The notes under the pieces: generated by a model
The model's database searches: none
The model's input: only the letters and a program-made list of their open reading frames with translations
Told to the model about the DNA's origin: nothing
Translations under genes and position numbers: made by a program
Shown: piece after piece, positions 9,489 through 16,638 of the stretch
Numbering within the stretch: the first letter of the stretch is position 1
Layout: every line of letters begins with the position of its first letter
Source: Vicinamibacteria bacterium
Lineage (GTDB): Bacteria; Acidobacteriota; Vicinamibacteria; Marinacidobacterales; Marinacidobacteraceae
Reading direction: 5' to 3'
DNA length: 64,000 nt
Assembly: GCA_963422395.1 (NCBI GenBank)
Contig: OY729431.1
Coordinates: 256,001-320,000, forward strand

Positions 9489-10318
9489 TGCGGCGGATCT
9501 CCTGCAGAGCCGCGGAGGGAAGCGAGGTAGGCGACCAGGTCGTCCAGCTCGTCGTCCCGAAAGTCCGCGTAGTCCATCATCATGCTCTCGTTCGGCAGCA
9601 GCTGGAGTTCCCGAACTTCGCTCTTGCGGAACGAGCGGTGCCGGCCGGCCTGATCGATCATCTGGATGGTGAAGGTGTCCTCTTCGACACGGACTCCCAT
9701 CACCTGGGCGCCGTTCGCATCTTCGATCCGCACCGAACGGAAGCGGGGGGAGACCACCTTCGCCGGGTCTTGGATGGATTCCCGAAGATAGGCGCTGCCG
9801 CGCAGGAGTCCGATGTCCGAGAGGTCCGGCCCGAGCGCCATGCCCTGGCCGTTCACGATGTGGCAAGTGGAACAGAGCGTGGCCTCGTAGAGCGCGCGGC
9901 CCTGCACCGGGTCGCCGGGCAGCTGCTCTCGCGGCGCCACTCCGAGAGAGCGCACATACGCGGCGACATCGCGAATCTCCCGAGTGTTCAGCGATCCGTG
10001 GCCCGGCATGTCGGTGCCTGGAATGCCGTCCTCCACGATCTCGAGCAAGGCCTCGTCGGCGGTCGAACGCCGGAGGTTCTCGCGCATCAGGTTCGGACCT
10101 TCGCCGCCCGTGCCGCCCTGCCCGTGGCAACGGGTGCAGTGGATCCCGAAGATGCGTTCGCCGTGCTCCCGTGCATCGGCGCTCGCATCGGCAAGGGTTT
10201 GGGTGTTCGCCTGGATATTCGCTCGGGCAGCCGCCGGCGGGCCGAGTAGCAGGCCGAACAGTGAGCCGAGCAGCGACGCGGCGCCGAGCGCGAGGTTGTG
10301 CGTCAGGTGCTTCCCCAT
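9485..10318 (-). CDS. Diheme cytochrome c
   Basis: Signal peptide, two CxxCH motifs (CTRCH, CSTCH), a DMPG candidate axial Met, and a GPDLSDIG segment. Confidence 0.88.
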   Translation of the reverse strand: MGKHLTHNLALGAASLLGSLFGLLLGPPAAARANIQANTQTLADASADAREHGERIFGIHCTRCHGQGGTGGEGPNLMRENLRRSTADEALLEIVEDGIPGTDMPGHGSLNTREIRDVAAYVRSLGVAPREQLPGDPVQGRALYEATLCSTCHIVNGQGMALGPDLSDIGLLRGSAYLRESIQDPAKVVSPRFRSVRIEDANGAQVMGVRVEEDTFTIQMIDQAGRHRSFRKSEVRELQLLPNESMMMDYADFRDDELDDLVAYLASLRGSAGDPPQ

Positions 10319-10429
10319 GGTGGACCGTTCTCCGCGGCCCCGGACTGTACCAATGCGGCGGGCGGTCTTCATGCGGTCCGGGTATCGAGTGATGCGAAGT
10401 CTTCGATCGGGATGGGGAAAGATGCTCGG

Positions 10430-10447
10430 GTCCGGAGCGCTCCGGAC
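10430..10447. promoter_or_regulatory. Perfect 18-bp palindrome, candidate operator in a divergent promoter region
   Basis: GTCCGGAGC|GCTCCGGAC lies 8 nt upstream of a TACCAT -10-like hexamer (10456-10461). Confidence 0.45.
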
Positions 10448-10512
10448 GATCTGACTACCATTCGTCCGACGCTTCGCTCTCCCCGGCCCTCCTCCGGAGC
10501 CGGGCACCGACC

Positions 10513-11715
10513 ATGGCCCGCGGCACCCCCTTCCATCGACGCACGAAGCCGCTCTGCACCAGCTTCCGCTGGAAGGAGTGGTCCGGGTACTTCGTCGCGC
10601 ACGCCTACGACTCCTTCCCGGACCCCGAGTACCACGCGGTCCGCTCGGGCGCGGCGCTCCTGGATGTTTCTCCACTCTGCAAGTACGACTTCCGCGGGCC
10701 GGATGCCACCGCGTTCACCGATCGGCTCATCACTCGCGACGTGACCCGCTCCCGCGTGGGGCAGGTGCTCTATTCGAGCTGGTGCGATTCCCGGGGGAAA
10801 TTGCTGCAGGACGGTTGCTTCCAGCGCTTCGCCGATACCTTCGTGCGGGCCACCACCGTGCACCCTTCGCTCCCCTGGTTCGAGCTGGTAGCCGAGGGGC
10901 TGGATGTCCGGATCGAGGATGTCTCGGAGCGGTTCGCGGCGCTGGCCCTCCAGGGGCCCACTTCCTGCTCCATCCTGAACGCGCTCGCCGACGAGGATCT
11001 CTCGGGGCTCCGCTACTTCCGCCTTCGGGAAACGCGGCTCGGAGGCGTGCCGGCGGTGGTGACCCGCACTGGCTATACCGGCGATCTCGGTTACGAAATC
11101 TGGGTCGGGCGAGAGGCGGCGCTCCGGCTCTGGGACCTGCTCCGGGAAGCGGGCGAGCCGCGCGGCCTCGTACCGGCGGGGATGGCGGCTCTCGATCGGG
11201 CGCGGGTGGAAGCCGGATTACCGCTGATCGATGTGGATTTCTGGAACGCCGACCTCGCCCTGACCGAGGAGCAGAAGTCCACCCCGTTCGAAGTCGGCCT
11301 CGGCTGGACGGTGAGCGCGAAGAAGGGGCCGTTCCTCGGTCAGCAGGCGCTCCTCGCCGAGCGGGTGCGCGGCCCCGAGCGCTTCTTCGTCGGCATCGAG
11401 ACCCCGATCGGGGAGATCGAGCGCCTCTTCGCGCTGGCGGGTCTCGCGCCCGAGGTCGGTGACGAAGTGGACCGCCGCGGCGTTCCCGTCTATGCCGGTC
11501 CCCGGCAGGTGGGCCGCGCCACCAGCGTGTGTTGGTCCCCGCTGCTCAAACGGCAGATCGCGCTCGCCACCGTGGAGCGGGGCTACCAACAGCCGGGAAC
11601 GCGGCTGGATGTGGAGCTGACGGTGGAGTACGAACGGCATCGGGCGCGCTCGCGAGTGGCGCCGCTGCCGTTCTTCGACCCTCCGAGGAAGCGCCGGACG
11701 CCCGCCGCGAGCTGA
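10513..11715 (+). CDS. Aminomethyltransferase family (GcvT-like, folate-binding) protein
   Basis: GTPFH, EYHAVR...LLDVSPL, LALQGP, TRTGYTGDLGYEIW and RVEAGL motifs. GGAG RBS. Confidence 0.9.
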   Translation: MARGTPFHRRTKPLCTSFRWKEWSGYFVAHAYDSFPDPEYHAVRSGAALLDVSPLCKYDFRGPDATAFTDRLITRDVTRSRVGQVLYSSWCDSRGKLLQDGCFQRFADTFVRATTVHPSLPWFELVAEGLDVRIEDVSERFAALALQGPTSCSILNALADEDLSGLRYFRLRETRLGGVPAVVTRTGYTGDLGYEIWVGREAALRLWDLLREAGEPRGLVPAGMAALDRARVEAGLPLIDVDFWNADLALTEEQKSTPFEVGLGWTVSAKKGPFLGQQALLAERVRGPERFFVGIETPIGEIERLFALAGLAPEVGDEVDRRGVPVYAGPRQVGRATSVCWSPLLKRQIALATVERGYQQPGTRLDVELTVEYERHRARSRVAPLPFFDPPRKRRTPAAS

Positions 11716-11857
11716 CACGCGGCCCCGTCCGGAAAAAGAGGCGCGCAGAGACGACGGGGGCGTGCACGGTCGACCGCGGACGAAAAAAGTGTCAGACAAG
11801 ACGCCGAGCGATCCTTTCTCCGAGGAACCTTCCCGAAAACTCGAGAAGTATCGAAGC

Positions 11858-12985
11858 GTGTCCGATCCGATCTATCCCGACACCAGGCCGACCGCTCCGG
11901 CGGGAGCCCGGACGCTTCCAGCGCGCTACTACCGGGACCCGGCACTCTTCGAGCTCGAAAGCGAGCGGATCCATCGCTCCATGTGGAACGCTGCCTGCCC
12001 AGCCGCCGACCTCCCGAAGACCGGCGACTATCGGCTCGCCCGGATCGCCGGCGACTCGTTGATCCTCGTCCGGGGCGAAGCGGGGATCGTCCACGCCCAC
12101 CACAATGTCTGCCGGCACCGCGGGACCCGGATGGTGGAGGCCGAAACTGGATGCTTGCCGGGCTCCATCCAGTGCCCCTACCACGCCTGGACCTACGGCC
12201 TCGACGGCGCGCTGCGCCGCGCGCCCCACATGGACCGGGTGGAGGGCTTTTCGGTTTCGAACTATCCGCTCGTGCCGGCGGCCTGCGAGATCTGGGGCGG
12301 GATCGTCTTCGTCCGTATCGAACCCGAAGGCCCGCCGCTCACCAGGCAGCTCGGCCCGGCCGCCGCCCGTCTCGAACCATGGGACCTTTCGAGCTTGCGG
12401 AGCGTGCACACCGAGACCTATGCACTGAACGCCAACTGGAAGCTCGTCGTCCAGAATTTCTCCGAATGCCTCCACTGTCCGGTCATCCATCCGCAGCTCC
12501 AGCGCCTCTCCCACTATCTGAGCGGGGATAACCATCCGTTGAGCCCGGGCGCGGTGGGTTCGACGATGGAACTCGGCGACGGAGTCGAAACGCTCTCCAC
12601 CGACGGCCGGCTGGTCGGCACGCCGCTGCCGGGGCTGCCTCCCGCGGCGCGGCGGCAGGTGGCCTACGAGATCCTGTTGCCGAACCTGATGTTCTGCCTC
12701 CACCCCGACTACGCGGTGCGCTACCTGCTGCGCCCCCTCGCGGTGGACCGGACCGCGGTTCGCTGCGACTGGCTGTTCCGCGAAGATGTGCTTTCCCGCG
12801 AGGGCTTCGATCCCGCCCGCGCCGTTGCGTTCTGGGACGAAACGAACCGGCAGGACTGGCGGGTCACCGAACTCGCGCAGGCCGGGATCGCGTCGAGTGC
12901 CTACCGCTCCGGCCCCTACTCGAACCGCGAGGACCAGTTGTGGGAAATAGACCGCTTCATCCTCACCCGCCTCGGAGGGGTATAG
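11858..12985 (+). CDS. Rieske non-heme iron oxygenase alpha subunit (choline/glycine-betaine-oxygenase-like)
   Basis: Rieske ligands CRHRG...CPYH, mononuclear-iron motif NWK...ECLHCPVIH, and C-terminal NRQDW. The GTG start is approximate. Confidence 0.9.
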   Translation: MSDPIYPDTRPTAPAGARTLPARYYRDPALFELESERIHRSMWNAACPAADLPKTGDYRLARIAGDSLILVRGEAGIVHAHHNVCRHRGTRMVEAETGCLPGSIQCPYHAWTYGLDGALRRAPHMDRVEGFSVSNYPLVPAACEIWGGIVFVRIEPEGPPLTRQLGPAAARLEPWDLSSLRSVHTETYALNANWKLVVQNFSECLHCPVIHPQLQRLSHYLSGDNHPLSPGAVGSTMELGDGVETLSTDGRLVGTPLPGLPPAARRQVAYEILLPNLMFCLHPDYAVRYLLRPLAVDRTAVRCDWLFREDVLSREGFDPARAVAFWDETNRQDWRVTELAQAGIASSAYRSGPYSNREDQLWEIDRFILTRLGGV

Positions 12986-13002
12986 GGCTTCTTTCGAGAA
13001 GT

Positions 13003-13443
13003 AACCCTGCCGCCTGCCTGACGCCGAGCGCCGCCATCGGAGGAACGGCTTCCAGCCGGATCGTCCCGACTGGGAAGAGCCGCTTGCCGCCTGGGCGAAC
13101 ACCAGCCTCGGCCTCTTTGCTCTTCTGGTGGATCGGCTCGGCGCAGCAGTCGGGACGCACGAGGCTCACGATCAGCCGGCTGCCCGACCTGCCGGTGCTG
13201 GATCTGCGGGCGCTCGAAGGCGAGACGCTCGGCAGGCTGCGCATTGCCTTCGCCGCCCTGTCCGGTGAGACTCTCCTGCCCGCCCACCGCGCTTCGGAAG
13301 ATCCGGCTCGGAAAGAGCTCGACCGCCTGGTGCTGGAAGAGGCGCTCGGCTTCGGTGCCGGAGCGCTGGCTCAGGTGGCCCTGCTCCGCAAGAAGTGGAG
13401 CGCCGAGCCCTCCGTCCACGGCGGCAAACATCCTCCCGCATAG
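13003..13443 (+). pseudogene. C-terminal remnant of a probable restriction-modification (type IIG-like) protein
   Basis: Reading across two frame changes (~13047, ~13116) gives AACLTPSAAIGGTA / GFQPDRPDWEEPLAAWANTSLGL / LLFWWIGSAQQSGRTRLTISRLPDLPVLD...WSAEPSVHGGK. It has no start of its own. The family assignment is from recall of similar C-termini. Confidence 0.5.
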
Positions 13444-13525
13444 CCCGAAAGGGGCGGGCAGCCGAGGCCTTCGGCAGCCTCTTCGTCTGTCTGGTGCATG
13501 CCTGCGGCGCTTCGAGCGGCACTCG

Positions 13526-14032
13526 TCAACTCTCCACGGTGCCCCTGCCGTCGGTGCGGAAATCCAGGTTTCGAATCAGCCGAAAGGTAGTGCAGCACTC
13601 TACGCCCAGGCCGTCCGAGACATCGGGAATGCGCCGATTCGCCCGCTGCTTCTTTGGCTTGGAGACTTCCTGTGTGACCACGATCCGGTGTTCGACATCG
13701 CAGAGTGCGTAGGCGACGAGAAACGGATCACGACCGAGCCCTTCGAGCTCTCCATCCGTCAGATCGGGGGCATACCCCTTGGAAACGACGCAGTCGACCA
13801 AGGATTGCTCGACAGACTCCTCCAACAACAGGGGTCTTCGATGATCCTTCATCCATGCGACGAGCTCGTCGGGAGCCCCGGCGGTTACTTCCTCGTAACA
13901 CTCCTTCGGGATTTTCAACCGGCCGGCATTCGCCATCCGCAGCAGCCAGGTCCAGAACTCGGGAACGCGGTCTAGCGGGTAGTAGTCCCGGTGCGCATCG
14001 ATCATCACATTGGCGTCCAACAGATAGAGCAT
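13526..14032 (-). CDS. DUF4411 family PIN-like protein
   Basis: MLYLLDANVMIDAHRDYYPLDRVPEFW...DPFLVAYA...VVTQE...IPDV. Lies directly downstream of the XRE/IrrE gene. Confidence 0.85.
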   Translation of the reverse strand: MLYLLDANVMIDAHRDYYPLDRVPEFWTWLLRMANAGRLKIPKECYEEVTAGAPDELVAWMKDHRRPLLLEESVEQSLVDCVVSKGYAPDLTDGELEGLGRDPFLVAYALCDVEHRIVVTQEVSKPKKQRANRRIPDVSDGLGVECCTTFRLIRNLDFRTDGRGTVES

Positions 14033-14049
14033 CGAGTTCCGGAAGGCGC

Positions 14050-15225
14050 TCAGCCGAGAAGAAGTTCTACCTGTCTCGGTTTCACATCCAGGATGCGGGC
14101 GGCGCGGGTGGTGGAGAGTTCTCCGGCGGCCATCGCCGTGCGGACGATTTCGGCCAGGCGGGATCCGAGGCGGTGACGGCGCACCGTATAGAAGTTCGGC
14201 CCTCCGCTCGATTTTCCTCCGGGGTGCTGTCGAGAGCGGTGACGGTCGAGCCATTCCCGGCGCCACCGCGCGTCGAGCTCGGAGAAGGTGACCCAATCGA
14301 GGAGATCGGCGCCGACCATCCGGTAGGCGACCATCGTGCGGCTGAGGTTGCGCTCGTCGGCGAACCGGGCGATGCGTTCGCCGGCGTTTTCGATGTCCGC
14401 GCCGACCGTCGAATCCCGAAGCTCCGGCGCGGGCAGCAGGAACTCGCTGGCGACCGCGTCGCAGAAGTGCTCGACCCGGTGCTTCGTTCTCCGGCCGCCG
14501 AAGCCGGTCTGCCCAAGCAACAGATGGACCGTTTCATGGAGCAGCGTGAACGACCAGGCGGGCGCCGCGTCGTAGTCGTTGATGACGAGGAACGGAGCGA
14601 GATCGTCCGCGATGGCGAACCCGCGGAAGACTTTCGGGTCGATGAGGCTGTGATGGCTGCCCAGGTTCCCCTGGAGCAGAACGAAGATACCGGCCGCCTC
14701 GAGGCGGCGGCGAAGGAAATCGAACGCCGCCCTGGCGTTCTTTTCACGGCGAAAGGACTCGAGGTCCGTGTCGAGGAGCCGCTTCAGGGAAGTGAGGACC
14801 GCCGACTCGCCATCCTCGGCGGCGTGGGAGCCGATGAAGGGGAGCGGGTCCGAATCCTCATCATCGAACAGCAGGTCGCGAACCATGCCCTGACGAGCGC
14901 GAATTCGTCGGACCAGGGCGTCGCGCAAGCCTTCGGCAGCAGGTTCCGGTGAGGACTCCAGCGTTCGGAAATCCACTCCCCGGTCGCCGGTCGCCGGCGG
15001 TCGCGAAAGATAGAACGCGATCAGCGGCCGCCGGTAGTGCCGTGCCATTTCGAGCAGCGTCGAACGCGAGGGTCGGGCGGCCCCGGACTCCATCGCCTCG
15101 AGCTTCTGGACTGCGGTCGCGGTCTTCGTGTCCCGAAGACCGACCTTGCCGGCAGCCGTATCGAGTGGTAGTCCGGCGGTCTCGCGGGCCCAGACGAGGA
15201 GTTGCGGTTCGACGACGACGCGCAT
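14050..15225 (-). CDS. XRE-family HTH fused to ImmA/IrrE (COG2856) metallopeptidase
   Basis: N-terminal LVWARETAGL HTH, then FRGFAIADDLAP, FTLLHETVH (HExxH) and VEHFCDAVASEFLLP. TAGCAT -10-like box and GGAG RBS upstream. Confidence 0.9.
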   Translation of the reverse strand: MRVVVEPQLLVWARETAGLPLDTAAGKVGLRDTKTATAVQKLEAMESGAARPSRSTLLEMARHYRRPLIAFYLSRPPATGDRGVDFRTLESSPEPAAEGLRDALVRRIRARQGMVRDLLFDDEDSDPLPFIGSHAAEDGESAVLTSLKRLLDTDLESFRREKNARAAFDFLRRRLEAAGIFVLLQGNLGSHHSLIDPKVFRGFAIADDLAPFLVINDYDAAPAWSFTLLHETVHLLLGQTGFGGRRTKHRVEHFCDAVASEFLLPAPELRDSTVGADIENAGERIARFADERNLSRTMVAYRMVGADLLDWVTFSELDARWRREWLDRHRSRQHPGGKSSGGPNFYTVRRHRLGSRLAEIVRTAMAAGELSTTRAARILDVKPRQVELLLG

Positions 15226-15292
15226 GAGCGAGACTCCCGGGGATGCTAAAGCCCCGGCGCGACGGTCGGCAGCCGGACGCCTCGGTGGTCTG

Positions 15293-16486
15293 CTAATTCG
15301 AGGGCTCGGTCCCTTCCGCGACGATTTCCAGGTAGCGCGGGTAGGCATACAGCCGGTGGTTGTGCTTGCCGGTGATTTCGGAGGCGATTCCCAACCTGTC
15401 GAGATGTCGGAGGGAGCGGATCGCGGTCATCGGCGCCCGGCCGAGGTCCGCGGCGGCTTCCGGAATGGAAACCGCCATCCGCCGCTGCAGCAGCCGGTGG
15501 ATCCTGAGCGCCGAAGGCGCCTTGCGTCCGAGCCCTTCGATCCGTTGCCGGTCCTCGTCGAACAGGCGTGACAGGCGCCGTATCGTCTCGACTGCCAGCC
15601 GCGAACTCTCGCGGATTCCCTCGAGGAAGAAGCGGAGCCATCCTTCCCAGTCCCCCTCGAACCGAACCGCGTGGAGTCGGTCGTGATACTCACTGCGGTG
15701 CTGCCGAAAATAGAGGCTCGGACAGAGGAGCGGCGCGGCGAGAAAACCGCTTTCGAGGAGTATGAGCGCGATCAGCAGGCGGCCGAGCCTCCCGTTGCCG
15801 TGGCGAAACGGGTGGATCGTTCCGAACTGGACATGGGTCAGGCCGGCCTTGACCAAGGGAGGGATCCCCGGGGCTTCCTGGCGGAGGAACTCTTCGAAGT
15901 CCGACATCAACCGGGGAATCCGGTCCGGCGGAGGCGGGACGAACTCGGCTTTCCGGGAAGGCACGCCGTCGATGCGGACCTGGGAAACCCGGAATTCTCC
16001 CGGGAGCTTCTGGCGGCCGCCGCCGCCGCACGAGAGGATCTGGTGCATCGTCCGCAGGAGACGGTTCGACACCGCGAATCCCCCGGCGAGCCGCCGCCGC
16101 CCGTGGTCCATTGCCGCCAGGTAGTTCGATGCTTCCGCCGCATCGCGGGCCTTCTGCCGGCCGTGGGGTTTCCGGTGTTCGAACCGCAGCAGGTCCGAGA
16201 GCGAGGCCTGTCCGCCCGCCAGGCGCGAGGAGAGCACCGCTTCCCTGCGGATCGAGGCGCTGGTGAAACCGTCGGGCGCCGGCAGGATGAAACGCATTCC
16301 GTCGAGCCGTCCGATCTCGATCTGGGCCTGCCCCAGCAGCGATTGCAAACGCTCCATCCGAAGCGGGGGCTCGGGAGGCAGCGGCGGCGGCAGGAACGCC
16401 CCTACCAACCCGCGGCCCAAAGCGGATACGAAGACTCGATTGCCGAGCCGGGGGTTCGGGCCTCTGTCCGACGGCTTCCTCCTCAT
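15293..16486 (-). CDS. Fic family protein with variant motifs and a C-terminal HTH
   Basis: AFLPPPLPP, REAVLSS, PGEFR, and HVQFGTIHPFRHGNGRLGRLLI. Start uncertain. Confidence 0.88.
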   Translation of the reverse strand: MRRKPSDRGPNPRLGNRVFVSALGRGLVGAFLPPPLPPEPPLRMERLQSLLGQAQIEIGRLDGMRFILPAPDGFTSASIRREAVLSSRLAGGQASLSDLLRFEHRKPHGRQKARDAAEASNYLAAMDHGRRRLAGGFAVSNRLLRTMHQILSCGGGGRQKLPGEFRVSQVRIDGVPSRKAEFVPPPPDRIPRLMSDFEEFLRQEAPGIPPLVKAGLTHVQFGTIHPFRHGNGRLGRLLIALILLESGFLAAPLLCPSLYFRQHRSEYHDRLHAVRFEGDWEGWLRFFLEGIRESSRLAVETIRRLSRLFDEDRQRIEGLGRKAPSALRIHRLLQRRMAVSIPEAAADLGRAPMTAIRSLRHLDRLGIASEITGKHNHRLYAYPRYLEIVAEGTEPSN

Positions 16487-16638
16487 GGGCCCCGGGACTC
16501 GTTCGCGGGCGGGGCTGCTCCCCGAGACGGCAGTCCGTGGCGGAAAAAGCATGAGCACCGGACCGGACCAGCTCTCCCGGTGGGAGTGGCTCGCAGCGGA
16601 TTCGAGGTGTCTCTGGGCCGGCGTTTCGGTTGCGCGGC

